DNA from: a virus
Taxonomy: Duplodnaviria; Caudoviricetes
Strand: one strand, 5' to 3'
IMG/VR virus record: IMGVR_UViG_3300010157_000062
Span: 1,084-65,083 of that record
DNA: 64,000 nt
Positions within the stretch are counted from its first letter, which is position 1. Every line of letters starts with the position of its first letter. Positions 19,632 to 29,775 of the stretch are shown here, piece by piece. Below the pieces are notes generated by a model. The model had not been told where the DNA came from and made no database searches. It saw only the letters and a program-made list of their open reading frames with translations. The position numbers and the translations under genes were made by a program.

Positions 19632-22589
19632 TTATCCTAGAAGTAATGTTCTACCGTCTTGTGTTGTTAATGATCTATTGTCCTGAGTTAACAATTCAGG
19701 ATAGAATACTGTTCCGAGTGTGTTAAATATGTTGACACTTGCCGATGAGAGTGTTCTTCCAATCGAAACGTTTGCCGAAGTTGATGTGAATCCGAGCGTT
19801 GTGTTTGCAAAAATAACATTGTTTGAATAACTAACATAAGTTACCGTACCATGGAATGTGCTTGAACCATTTACAACTCGAATTCTATCTCCAACAAATA
19901 CGATATCTCGCATCTTGTTTGCTGTGTTGCTATATTCACCGTTGTTGATAACATCATATTCACCTGTCAGTGACAATATATTTATTCGATTATTGGAGGT
20001 GAGTACGTTTGCTGTTGCAACATTTGCGAAAGAAAGGAAAACATTATCTCTTATGACCGCAGTATTACTGATTTGATTAACAGAAATAATATCGGAAAAT
20101 ACATTCGGACCATAGTCATGTGTTACTGAAATTTTTGAACCGACATTAATAATTGCCGCAAGGTTTGCGCCGGACAAGTTAGCAAACTTAATAATGTTAT
20201 TACTTGATTTTTCAAAAGTTGAATACATCGATGCTGTTGACGATGTAGTTCCTGTATAGTATGATAGCGGCTCCGAATTTGATTCAAAAGATTCCCTATC
20301 CACTCTCACTGTTGTTTGTGATTTTAATGCATTGATCGGTGTTACTTTTGTTCCGGCTGGATGTAGAAGTTTGAACAGTACATCTTTATAAGCATCAAAA
20401 GACTTCTGTACAATCAATTGATATGTAAAGTTATTGTAGTCTTCGTTTTCTAAAACTTGATTTGAACTTAAAAATCCATCATCATTGATGTATTGACCTG
20501 CACCAATAATCAAACCATTTAAGAACTTGGCTGTGGCCACGGCGGCACCGTTACCGTATGTACGAATACCTTGGTTGTAAATGTATTCACCAGTTTCTGT
20601 GTTGATAATTGTGTAGCTTGTATCTAAGTCCAAATAAATGTTTGCACCATCAATACGGTCTGTAAGTTTCAATTGTAAGTTTGTTTTGGTATTTGAAGTA
20701 TAGTTGTATGTTCTAAGTACATATTTTGATACTGCCGTGTTTGCACCTGGTTGCAAAAGTCTAATAGAATCAACAAATGCTTTTGACACAGCGGTGTTGA
20801 CATTCGAACCCTGATAAACAAGGTCTCCTGCTCTCACCATGTTTGAAAGTGAAACATTTGTCACAATAAGGTCACGAACACGGAGAGAAACACTTGGCGC
20901 AGAGATGTAATCTTCACCGAAATTTTCAATTACAAATGATGTGATGGCACCAATACCACGTTCGTCAGCAACTGGTGTAAATTTTGCACCAGCACCTAGA
21001 ACAGTATTAACTTTTAAAACGGCACCTGAACCGCCAGAAGTTGCCACATTAAGTGTCGGTAATGCATCATATCTGTACCCTAAACCACCTTTAGGGTATC
21101 TTATTTGATTGGTTGTGTTTGCAAAGTTATAAGTGGCAGAAATAATTGAGCCCGTAGCATTCACTTTGACATTAGCATTTGCACCAGCACCGCCGGCACC
21201 AGCCGTAAAGGTAATAATATCTCCGTTGGCATAACCTGTGCCTTGTGTAACAATTTGAATTGGTCCCAAAATACCTATTGAAGCCAATTGACCTTTTATC
21301 TTGAGGCTTTCTATTGGTTCAAAATCGGAAGTGTCATACAAACTTTGTGCAGTAACTGTTGGTAGTGATCTGTATCCACCCCCACCATTATTCAGAACAA
21401 CCGATGCTATTGGATATGTTGAGAACGATGTGAATGTAAATGCATTTGCCAGTGTGCAAACTGAATTTGATGAAGTGTTCGCCGCAAAGAATGCATAATT
21501 ATTAGCACCGATCCTAGTATTACGAACCGCGGTACTCAAATAATCTTTTGGAATAAATGCTACATTAATTAATCCAGCTGGATCAACTGAAGATACGTTA
21601 GCAATAGCACCGGAGCCCCCGCCACCTCTAATTTGAATGTATGTGTTTGGATCTTCTCTGTAACCATATGAACCATCAATCAATGTGATATCACGGAGAG
21701 AACCAAGAGTTGTCTCTAAAACAAATGCCTCAGCACCAATTGGTTTTGCCGTGTCTTCTCTAAGACCACCATAGAAAACAACTGGATCACCAGAATATGT
21801 TGGCGAACGACCTGTATATAATTGACCACGTTTCCTACTGTCAACGTTAACAGAAGAAATTGAACCTAAAATTTTAGAAACAAGTGTTGTTGATCCAACA
21901 ATTGATGGATCCACAATCAAGCTATCTTTGAAGTATAAAGGTTGATTGTTATTGTCAACTACTATAATATTTTCACCAGATTCAAACAGTCGTCCAATAT
22001 TGGTGATGTAAACTTCAATTCTACCATTAACGGAGGTTGATCTTTCAACTGTTGCAATTGATTTTGATGTTAATCCAAAAACTCTTAGATTGTCAATCGA
22101 CAACCATTGTTCATCGTTCGTGTCAAGTCTTAGGCTCTTTGAAACATACCATTTACCATCGGAGGCTTTCAGTACAACATCACGAGTAAGAAAAATATCA
22201 GCATCCGAATTATACAATGCGCGGAACAAGAATTGATAAGAAGCTGGTGTACCCTTTGTTTGATACAGCCTTCTTGCAATCTTGACCATTTTTGTTTTGT
22301 CGGTCAGTGCATCTTTAGGGAAATTCGGAAGGAAATCATTTATGTAATAATCAATAAATTTATTGAATGTTTCTCCAGACTCCACAAAGTCTACATCTTG
22401 GTAGTTTAAAAGATTTTGTGTACCATAAATGACACCTTCTTTTCCGGAACCAATATTTTGTTGCTCCAGCCACTCATAATATGCTTGAATGAATGCAACA
22501 AACGTTTCATAATTGGTGTCAGACCTGATAAATTCAGGTAACTGAAACGCAACTTTCGATGAAGTTTTATTAGCGAAATTAGTAGTCAT
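19632..22589 (-). CDS. gp7: Baseplate wedge initiator gp7-like
   Basis: QLPEFIRSD..FVAFIQAYYEWLE, KGTPASYQFLFRALYN, LKASDGKW, LLHPAG; lies between gp6 and gp8. Confidence 0.75.
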   Translation of the reverse strand: MTTNFANKTSSKVAFQLPEFIRSDTNYETFVAFIQAYYEWLEQQNIGSGKEGVIYGTQNLLNYQDVDFVESGETFNKFIDYYINDFLPNFPKDALTDKTKMVKIARRLYQTKGTPASYQFLFRALYNSDADIFLTRDVVLKASDGKWYVSKSLRLDTNDEQWLSIDNLRVFGLTSKSIATVERSTSVNGRIEVYITNIGRLFESGENIIVVDNNNQPLYFKDSLIVDPSIVGSTTLVSKILGSISSVNVDSRKRGQLYTGRSPTYSGDPVVFYGGLREDTAKPIGAEAFVLETTLGSLRDITLIDGSYGYREDPNTYIQIRGGGGSGAIANVSSVDPAGLINVAFIPKDYLSTAVRNTRIGANNYAFFAANTSSNSVCTLANAFTFTSFSTYPIASVVLNNGGGGYRSLPTVTAQSLYDTSDFEPIESLKIKGQLASIGILGPIQIVTQGTGYANGDIITFTAGAGGAGANANVKVNATGSIISATYNFANTTNQIRYPKGGLGYRYDALPTLNVATSGGSGAVLKVNTVLGAGAKFTPVADERGIGAITSFVIENFGEDYISAPSVSLRVRDLIVTNVSLSNMVRAGDLVYQGSNVNTAVSKAFVDSIRLLQPGANTAVSKYVLRTYNYTSNTKTNLQLKLTDRIDGANIYLDLDTSYTIINTETGEYIYNQGIRTYGNGAAVATAKFLNGLIIGAGQYINDDGFLSSNQVLENEDYNNFTYQLIVQKSFDAYKDVLFKLLHPAGTKVTPINALKSQTTVRVDRESFESNSEPLSYYTGTTSSTASMYSTFEKSSNNIIKFANLSGANLAAIINVGSKISVTHDYGPNVFSDIISVNQISNTAVIRDNVFLSFANVATANVLTSNNRINILSLTGEYDVINNGEYSNTANKMRDIVFVGDRIRVVNGSSTFHGTVTYVSYSNNVIFANTTLGFTSTSANVSIGRTLSSASVNIFNTLGTVFYPELLTQDNRSLTTQDGRTLLLG

Positions 22590-22591
22590 TA

Positions 22592-24661
22592 TTATAATGC
22601 AGAAACGGTTACGCTGGTTGCTTCTGGATCATATTGATCTAGAGCAATTATTTTATTATATGTGGACGAGACAATAGTTGAATCTGGAACAACAGAAATT
22701 GTAAATTGACCCAATTCATTATTAATATTTAACGGTGAAAAATCTGTCAATGTTACCTTGCCGGTTGCATAGTCGATAGTTCCTGCACTTGAATTTAAAA
22801 TAGTCTTTGTATTATTGAAATAATAATAAGTTCTAAGTGTTCCAATTGAACCTTGTAATACAGCATCAGCATAACCTAATGCACCTGAAGTGTCACCATC
22901 GGCTGGAGTTATCTGAACAATTGCTTGTGTGTAATTGAAACCTGGGTTTGTTACTACCAAACTTACGATTCTACCTGCGGCTAATACAGCATAAGCTGTA
23001 GCGCCTGTACCATCACCCACTATTGTTACTTTTGGTGCTTTTATATAACCAAAACCTTGATTGGAAATGTTAATTGATGCAACACCACCAACAGTGGTTG
23101 GTACTTCTTCAAAATAAACACCCGAACGTATAAAATTAGGTGATGTAATATCTGTGACACTAAAATCTGGAGTGCTTGTTAAACCTGCATTGAAATAGTT
23201 TCGTTTTAATTTAACACCAAAATCTAAGAAGTATGTTGACTTTGCATTTAGTTTAGGATAGATTTTTTTCTGTAGTCTTATAGTGGATTCATTAGTAACA
23301 ATAGATGGGTCTGTAGCTTGAATTTGAGTAATCAATGCAGGTGATTTGAATGTTGAATTGAATGTATTAAGATTTGTATTTGCAAAAGAATTGATTGAGT
23401 TGATAACTAACTGCTTGATTTGGCCACCAGTATATGTTGTTTTCTTAGGATCATATAAAACTTTTGTTGTAATATTTACAAATGTGTAATCTGGATCAAC
23501 GATGGTCGGTACGACTGTAAGTACAGAGATTGGTTTAATAACTTCGGTGACCAATTTATCTTTTTGTGATGGTGTGAGTGTCAAACCACCTGAAGGTTTA
23601 ACAGCACAGAAAATTTGTCCATAAACGGGTGGTATATTTTCTTCTCCACCCCATACTGAAACAGATTCAATAGGTAAATTTGTAGAATTATTTTGAATCA
23701 AGTAAATGTAATCTTCTTTTGTCACGGCACGACCTTGTGCCGCATAGGCCTTAGGTGCTGTGTATTTAATTGAAGCAATAGATTCTTTATCCGCGCCGGC
23801 AAAAGCTGATGTGATAGGAGATATAACGGTGTTTGAATAGCCACCAACGGAAGACATAAGTGTAAAGGAATTTGCTCCAAATGCCGATGTTCCGCCAGTT
23901 GAAATATAAGAGATATTAACAACATTGCCATCGATTAGTGTAGAACCAAGAATGCCATCACCAAAATATATTTCATAGAAACCATTCATACCTTCTTGGA
24001 GGAAATAAACTTTTGATGTTGGCTCTAAAGCAATATAATCTGTTGCGCGTATGTATGTGTTATATACCAAACTTGATGATGAATCTTGTACCGAAACAAT
24101 TAGTGTTGAAATGTCAATATTTGCATCAGAGATTGTAAAGATTAATTTTGGATTTGACGCAGTATTAACTATGAAAGCAGAAGAAGCGGCCACACCTTCC
24201 GCAATTTCAATGTTATTAAATGTTGCAGTATTTGCCGATACATTTACTGTTGTGGAATCTTTAGTTAAAAATGTATAGTTCACACCATTAATTGCCTCTG
24301 AAAGAAATGGTGTGAATTTTGGTAAAGTTAATGTTGACGTTGATACTTGATTAACTTGTAATTTGATAGACGCTTTTGATGATACTGCTGATCTTGGAAT
24401 ATAATTCAACATTTTTGCATGTGAAACAACTGAATTTCTTTGAACTGAAGAATCCAAGAACATTTCATTTGCTACCATGTTGAGATAGTATGCATTGTAT
24501 TGTGTATTGTATGCAAGTAAATCAACAAGAACAGAGAGTGCAGAACCATCAAAGTTGTAGTCCTTTAATGTGTCTTGTTGACCAAGAAAGGTCTTTAAAC
24601 TTGACTTGATTGATCCAAAGTCAAGATTTGTAATTTGTAAACCTGAATTAGCTGTTGCCAT
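22592..24661 (-). CDS. gp6: Baseplate wedge subunit gp6
   Basis: LDFGSIKSSLK...DYNFDGSALSVLVDLLAYNT, YEIYFGDG, AQGRAVTKEDY, VWGGEEN. Confidence 0.93.
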   Translation of the reverse strand: MATANSGLQITNLDFGSIKSSLKTFLGQQDTLKDYNFDGSALSVLVDLLAYNTQYNAYYLNMVANEMFLDSSVQRNSVVSHAKMLNYIPRSAVSSKASIKLQVNQVSTSTLTLPKFTPFLSEAINGVNYTFLTKDSTTVNVSANTATFNNIEIAEGVAASSAFIVNTASNPKLIFTISDANIDISTLIVSVQDSSSSLVYNTYIRATDYIALEPTSKVYFLQEGMNGFYEIYFGDGILGSTLIDGNVVNISYISTGGTSAFGANSFTLMSSVGGYSNTVISPITSAFAGADKESIASIKYTAPKAYAAQGRAVTKEDYIYLIQNNSTNLPIESVSVWGGEENIPPVYGQIFCAVKPSGGLTLTPSQKDKLVTEVIKPISVLTVVPTIVDPDYTFVNITTKVLYDPKKTTYTGGQIKQLVINSINSFANTNLNTFNSTFKSPALITQIQATDPSIVTNESTIRLQKKIYPKLNAKSTYFLDFGVKLKRNYFNAGLTSTPDFSVTDITSPNFIRSGVYFEEVPTTVGGVASINISNQGFGYIKAPKVTIVGDGTGATAYAVLAAGRIVSLVVTNPGFNYTQAIVQITPADGDTSGALGYADAVLQGSIGTLRTYYYFNNTKTILNSSAGTIDYATGKVTLTDFSPLNINNELGQFTISVVPDSTIVSSTYNKIIALDQYDPEATSVTVSAL

Positions 24662-25056
24662 TATCGTGTTCTCTCAAGGATTAAATTGATTGCTGTTGGT
24701 TCCACATTATTACCAATATAAAATTGTATCGTCACACTATACGCATTATCATCTGGTTTTTCGTAAATTGTAACTTGAACTAAACTAACTCTAGGTTCAA
24801 ATTTATATAAAACATTTTCAATCTCTGACTTAAGAGATTGTGCTGTCAGTGCATCGACTGGTTCAAACAAAAGGGCTTCGATTCTTGAACCTATATTAGA
24901 CTGAAATGGTCTCTCAAAATTCTTTGTCAACAACAAGTAACGAACGGAACGAATGACTGCCATCTCATCATAACTCAAGGCGATATCATTTCTACCAGGT
25001 GTTCTAGTAAAAGAAAAATCTAAATCAGAGTATAGTTTTTTAAGTGTCTGTGCCAT
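24661..25056 (-). CDS. gp25: Baseplate wedge subunit gp25
   Basis: YSDLDFSF...ERPFQSNIGS...LLFEP...FEPRV. Confidence 0.92.
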   Translation of the reverse strand: MAQTLKKLYSDLDFSFTRTPGRNDIALSYDEMAVIRSVRYLLLTKNFERPFQSNIGSRIEALLFEPVDALTAQSLKSEIENVLYKFEPRVSLVQVTIYEKPDDNAYSVTIQFYIGNNVEPTAINLILERTR

Positions 25057-25061
25057 TTTGG

Positions 25062-25069
25062 TATTTATT
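25062..25069 (-). promoter_or_regulatory. Late promoter variant AATAAATA
   Basis: ATAAATA immediately upstream of the gp25 start. Confidence 0.6.
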
Positions 25070-25148
25070 GCAGGAGTAAAACGACTTTTTCAAAATCGAG
25101 GACCAGTCGAAAAAAATTCTAGGGCCGGAACGAAAATTTCGAATTTCC

Positions 25149-25967
25149 TCATTGATTAGCTAAATTGTTTTTCAAACGGTCTGTACCTATCAAATTATTC
25201 ACTAGATAAGTCTGAGTATTACCCATACTATCAAATTTACTGACTTTATTATAATCATCTAGAATTTGAATTGATCGTGTGTAAAACGCCCAATCCGAGG
25301 TTCTCCTAAGAGCAATGTAATTATTCATAGTTTGCACATTGGAAATAATAAGATTTATTGCCGAATTCGAGATATTACTAATGCCACCAGACACAGAATT
25401 GTTTAATGTTATCATGTTGGAATTCATTGTCGTTGTATAACTAATGATATCATTTGCGATAAACAAACTGGTCATGTTTCCCAACAATGGCACAGTATTT
25501 GCGACACCATCGGTTGTACTCAAAACCCTAAGCAATTGATTGCCAATAGAAGTAGCGTGGTCTAATGAAGGAATCGTATCCGTATTTGAAGTCATTGTAT
25601 ATACACCAGAAACATTATCTGTGTGTAATTTAAATGCATTAATTTCAATAACCAAATTATTTAGGTTTGCTATAAGATTATTTGCACCAACCGAGGCATA
25701 TAAAAATAAATTTGCTGTGTCTGTAAATGGTGTGAAAGCAAGCATTGTACTTGCATTTGAACTCAAATTTGCACATGCATTTGCAGTTGGGTTCTTGTAA
25801 TAATTTGTCATAACGATATTGCCATTGGCCATATCGTTTTTTTGCCAATCTGGAATAACCAGTGGTGCGGCATTCAAATATGCCTCAGCCTGAGGACTCA
25901 AATAAAGTGCGCTTCCAAACTTGGAAGTGTCAAAATTAAAATTTAGGGTTGAATATACACTGCTCAT
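25149..25967 (-). CDS. Hypothetical baseplate-module protein (272 aa)
   Basis: Long ORF between the gp5 C-terminal gene and gp25; no family recognised. Confidence 0.6.
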   Translation of the reverse strand: MSSVYSTLNFNFDTSKFGSALYLSPQAEAYLNAAPLVIPDWQKNDMANGNIVMTNYYKNPTANACANLSSNASTMLAFTPFTDTANLFLYASVGANNLIANLNNLVIEINAFKLHTDNVSGVYTMTSNTDTIPSLDHATSIGNQLLRVLSTTDGVANTVPLLGNMTSLFIANDIISYTTTMNSNMITLNNSVSGGISNISNSAINLIISNVQTMNNYIALRRTSDWAFYTRSIQILDDYNKVSKFDSMGNTQTYLVNNLIGTDRLKNNLANQ

Positions 25968-25971
25968 AATA

Positions 25972-26697
25972 TTACATTAAAGTGAAAGGAATACCAGTTG
26001 GACCTCTGGACGTTGGATGTTTATGAAAGTCATATACTAAACGCATACCCATCATTGAACCACCAATATCAGATACCATTGGCGCAAATACAGAAATTGC
26101 TGAAGTGATTGGTCCTAGTGTATCGACACCAAGAAGTGAACCGAGTTTCATACCAGCAGATACGTTTTCGACTGCTGAAATTGATTGTCTTGAATTGAGT
26201 GAACCGCTTACGTTTACATCACTATGTATGTTGACCGCTTCGGTAGCTGTCAAATTAATTACACTTGATGAACCACCGGCAAAGAGATCAATGTCTCCGT
26301 CTGTGGAAATTTCAAGAGTGTCTTTTGACTTTATGGAAGTTTTTTTGGCCACTCTTTGATAAGAATTACCATCAATTTGTGCATATGCATCACCTTTAAC
26401 ATGCATAACAGAATCACCTTCAATAGTGATGTTACAAACACCAGAAATTAAAACATTATTGTTTGCTACAATAATTTCATATTTGTCACCAAGAACTTTA
26501 ACAATTTGTTGGCCATTAGCTTGTATTTCGGTAAAAGTACCAGTTCTATGTTGAAGGCGAATCCTTTCGGCACCTGGAGTGTCATCCATCTCCATGAAGT
26601 GGCCAGATTCAGTTTGTTTTACGTTATTAAAAGGCGGTATTGCATTCCAGTCTGATGCTGGTTCCGTCCACGAATAGTCTTTAGGTTTAGTTGCCAT
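25972..26697 (-). CDS. gp5: gp5 C-terminal part: beta-helix spike with H-x-H apex
   Basis: PFNNVKQTESGHFMEMDDTPGAERIRLQHRTGTF, beta-helix repeats, C-terminal HKH. Confidence 0.82.
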   Translation of the reverse strand: MATKPKDYSWTEPASDWNAIPPFNNVKQTESGHFMEMDDTPGAERIRLQHRTGTFTEIQANGQQIVKVLGDKYEIIVANNNVLISGVCNITIEGDSVMHVKGDAYAQIDGNSYQRVAKKTSIKSKDTLEISTDGDIDLFAGGSSSVINLTATEAVNIHSDVNVSGSLNSRQSISAVENVSAGMKLGSLLGVDTLGPITSAISVFAPMVSDIGGSMMGMRLVYDFHKHPTSRGPTGIPFTLM

Positions 26698-26699
26698 AA

Positions 26700-27695
26700 T
26701 TATGCTTTACCATATGATTTTGGATTCAATAACGAGATTGTTGCTGTTGCATTTACGGCTGTTGCGGCCGTAGATGAAGATAGTTTTGCTAGATCGCCGA
26801 TTAGTCCTTGCACTTCACCAAGCAAACCACCTGAAAAAGACACATTTAATGCACCTGTTAAAGCGGCTTGAAGTTCCAATAAACATTGTTGCAACATTGC
26901 CGCCAGTTGTGCAGGAAGACTTACTATGTATGCAATCATTGCTTGTATATATTTTACAAATGATGCAATTTCTAATATCACATTATTTACAAAATCGACA
27001 CCCTTTTGTATCATTTTAACATAACCACGGAGTGTTTTGATTGCCAGTGTGATTTGTGATGTGATAGGTGAACCTGCAACACCGGAAGTTAATGTTTCAA
27101 TTGCATTACGTAAAGCGGTGAATATACCATATGCTTCAAGTTTTTCTATAGCAATTTGATAACGTATAATGTTTGCTATGTCACACACGTGTGCCCTATT
27201 ATTGTTTGAACGTTCTACGCCAGTGCCGACAATTGTTCTCATCAAAACTGGTGTAGTTGGTTCACCTTCTCTAACAATAGCCATTGCAGGAGTTCCAGTT
27301 GATACTACAGGTTTGGCCGTGTCATTTTCCGTGAGTATCGAGTTTGTTAACTTTGCATTTGCAGAAAAACCAACACCTTTTGGTTCATCAACAGACTGTG
27401 GAATACCAGGAAACACACCAAGCATTGCTGGCGCTTGTGATGACTCGCCATCCAAGAAGAAACCAAAAACGTAATCCCCTTCCATTGGTGTGGAAAATGA
27501 TCTTGAATCATTTACTGGATATAGTGGTGTAGCCCAAGGAAGTGAACTTGTTGGAATTAATTGCAATTCCGAAGTATGGGCTCCGAAAATGCGAACACGG
27601 CAACGACCTAGGTTGAGTGGATCGAAACGATCTTCAACAACACCAATCCACCAAATAAAATTATCATGCCCTAATTTGTTTTGAAAATCACTCAT
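26700..27695 (-). CDS. gp5: gp5 N-terminal part: OB-fold hub domain plus helical extension, no lysozyme
   Basis: FIWWIGVVEDRFDPLNLGRCRVRIFGAH...LPWA...VFGFFLDGESSQAPAMLG. Confidence 0.85.
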   Translation of the reverse strand: MSDFQNKLGHDNFIWWIGVVEDRFDPLNLGRCRVRIFGAHTSELQLIPTSSLPWATPLYPVNDSRSFSTPMEGDYVFGFFLDGESSQAPAMLGVFPGIPQSVDEPKGVGFSANAKLTNSILTENDTAKPVVSTGTPAMAIVREGEPTTPVLMRTIVGTGVERSNNNRAHVCDIANIIRYQIAIEKLEAYGIFTALRNAIETLTSGVAGSPITSQITLAIKTLRGYVKMIQKGVDFVNNVILEIASFVKYIQAMIAYIVSLPAQLAAMLQQCLLELQAALTGALNVSFSGGLLGEVQGLIGDLAKLSSSTAATAVNATATISLLNPKSYGKA

Positions 27696-29140
27696 CTTTG
27701 CCCTTTGACCGCATCGGCTAATTTTTTAGTATCTTTAAAATTGCTCAGTGAATTATCATAACTATCTCTAACAACTTCAAGTACAGTTTCATATTTCATT
27801 TGTGAACTAATAATATGACGAACGGAAGTAATAAGATATTTACCGGAATATTGTTGATCTGTTAGTCCTTCATTTAAACCCGAACCGTCTTTATTACTGG
27901 CGCTTGATGGTAATTCAACGTTTATGGTAGTTCCAACAGTTAAATTTGGATCACCAGAAATGGTTAATTTAATTCTCACATAATGTGAAAGTGCAATTTG
28001 TGCCGTTCTATAAGGAACATATTTTTCTGCTCTAATATCATTTGCAACAGAATATTCAGTATTCGCTATACCTTTTGCTGTTTTTTGGTCTTTGTTTGAC
28101 ACCATAACCTTGAGTACAGAATCATAATTTTGATTTGCAGTTTTGCCTAGACGATTTTGTGCATTATTGATTAGTGAATTTTTCTTAGTATTATTTAATT
28201 TATTTTGATAATCATTAATATAATCAAATTTCGTATCATAATATCTTCTTGTCAACGGATCAATTGTTATCAATCTATTAGAAAACGCACCAGAAACTGT
28301 ACCATAAAGGGTATCAAATGTATCTAAAAAAGTATACGATTTGATTGTTTTTAAATCTCTGCCAAGATAATTATTAATTTTTCCATTAATTTGTGCATCG
28401 CCGACATTTTTCTGACTATAGATGTAACTATTGTATACTACACGGCTGAAAAGTGATTGTAAAGAACGGAAGTTAAAACCATCTGTATTTTCAAAAAATA
28501 CAAAATCGGCACCTTTAACAGTTTTGTTTACTGTTGGTATTGCATAATTTGACAACCAATTAATAGCATCAAATGGTTTCTTGTAAGGAATTACAAAATC
28601 ATAAAGACCTTCCGTTTCATCAGTTATCAAATATTTCTCATTAATTTGCATATGATTTTTCAAAATATCCATGACAATTTCTTCAATTGTTTTTCCACCA
28701 TATGCTTTACTGACTTTTGTTTGTTCTGAAAGAAATAGTTCTTCTGAACAAAAATGTAATGCATAGCTTTCTGTTTCAGAGTTATTCAGTATTCTTTCAC
28801 CAACACGATAAATTCTAAAATATTTACTTATTCCTTGTACATCAATGGATTTGGACTTTTTAAATTTCAGTTCCAAGTAATCATTGCCACTTAGTCCAAG
28901 CCTATCAATCATACTGATAGAGTCACTTATTAATACATGACCGGAAACTGTTCCTCTAAAAATGTCTTCATAATAGGATAGTTCCACAAAAACACTTTTG
29001 ATATTAACTATATTTTTTGGGGTGATTATGTTAATTTTTTCAAGATAAAAATCATCCGCAGTTAAAAGTCCAGTTGTAACTGGAACCTTATTTTGTTTTC
29101 CTGTAACCGTTACTGTATCAATTGCAATTGCTTCAGCCAT
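27692..29140 (-). CDS. Baseplate hub / tail protein (gp27-like position)
   Basis: SYYEDIFRGTVSG, LHFCSEE, FVFFENTDGFNFRSL, GDPNLTVG, YSGKYLITSVRH; between gp53 and gp5. Confidence 0.65.
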   Translation of the reverse strand: MAEAIAIDTVTVTGKQNKVPVTTGLLTADDFYLEKINIITPKNIVNIKSVFVELSYYEDIFRGTVSGHVLISDSISMIDRLGLSGNDYLELKFKKSKSIDVQGISKYFRIYRVGERILNNSETESYALHFCSEELFLSEQTKVSKAYGGKTIEEIVMDILKNHMQINEKYLITDETEGLYDFVIPYKKPFDAINWLSNYAIPTVNKTVKGADFVFFENTDGFNFRSLQSLFSRVVYNSYIYSQKNVGDAQINGKINNYLGRDLKTIKSYTFLDTFDTLYGTVSGAFSNRLITIDPLTRRYYDTKFDYINDYQNKLNNTKKNSLINNAQNRLGKTANQNYDSVLKVMVSNKDQKTAKGIANTEYSVANDIRAEKYVPYRTAQIALSHYVRIKLTISGDPNLTVGTTINVELPSSASNKDGSGLNEGLTDQQYSGKYLITSVRHIISSQMKYETVLEVVRDSYDNSLSNFKDTKKLADAVKGQR

Positions 29141-29775
29141 TATGAACCCATTACCGTTTTAAGTTGTTCTTCCATTTGATTCACATAATTTCTATCCATA
29201 ACTTTTATTTCTCTTTTAGACTCATTAAGATTATATTCATAATCATATAACGTGACACTTCTTTTTGTGGCTCGCACAGAACAAGTCAAACCACTCGGTA
29301 ATGTATATGTGTTATTTGTTTCCATAAATGAATTATATGCACCAACATCAAGTGGAATTATTTTTTCGGTTGATATTCCAGAATAACTGTCTGTTGTAAT
29401 AATCACCTCTTGATATGCATAAACAGTTGTATTTGTATATTCATATGGTGTTTTTCCTGCATTCGCCGCTTCAGTTGCATACTTATTGTTAATATAAGTT
29501 AAAAATTGTTCATAATTTAATGGCCAACTCCAGATTGGATCCATAATTTGATTAGAGTACAATACAATCCAATATTTGTATGGATCATCATAATACTTTT
29601 CTGCAATAATTTCTGGTGTATCACCATCTTGTATATTGTATGTGTAAAACAACATTGGATTATTTTGCAATTCATCAATTAATTTTGCACGAGTTAGTAT
29701 ATTAGTCATTAAAATATAATTGCCGTTTTGATCCGGTGTCAATACTTTTGGTAGTGTGTTGAAATATAACATCAA
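29140..29775 (-). CDS. gp53: Baseplate wedge subunit gp53
   Basis: YNIQDGDTPEIIAEKYYDDP..WIVLYSNQIMDP..WPL and YEYNLNESKREIK. Confidence 0.88.
   Translation of the reverse strand: MMLYFNTLPKVLTPDQNGNYILMTNILTRAKLIDELQNNPMLFYTYNIQDGDTPEIIAEKYYDDPYKYWIVLYSNQIMDPIWSWPLNYEQFLTYINNKYATEAANAGKTPYEYTNTTVYAYQEVIITTDSYSGISTEKIIPLDVGAYNSFMETNNTYTLPSGLTCSVRATKRSVTLYDYEYNLNESKREIKVMDRNYVNQMEEQLKTVMGS

Noticed and set aside
26698-26702. Frameshift or readthrough joining the two gp5 halves
   Set aside because: Clean TAA, then a new ATG 2 nt later, with no slippery heptamer seen; treated as two genes.
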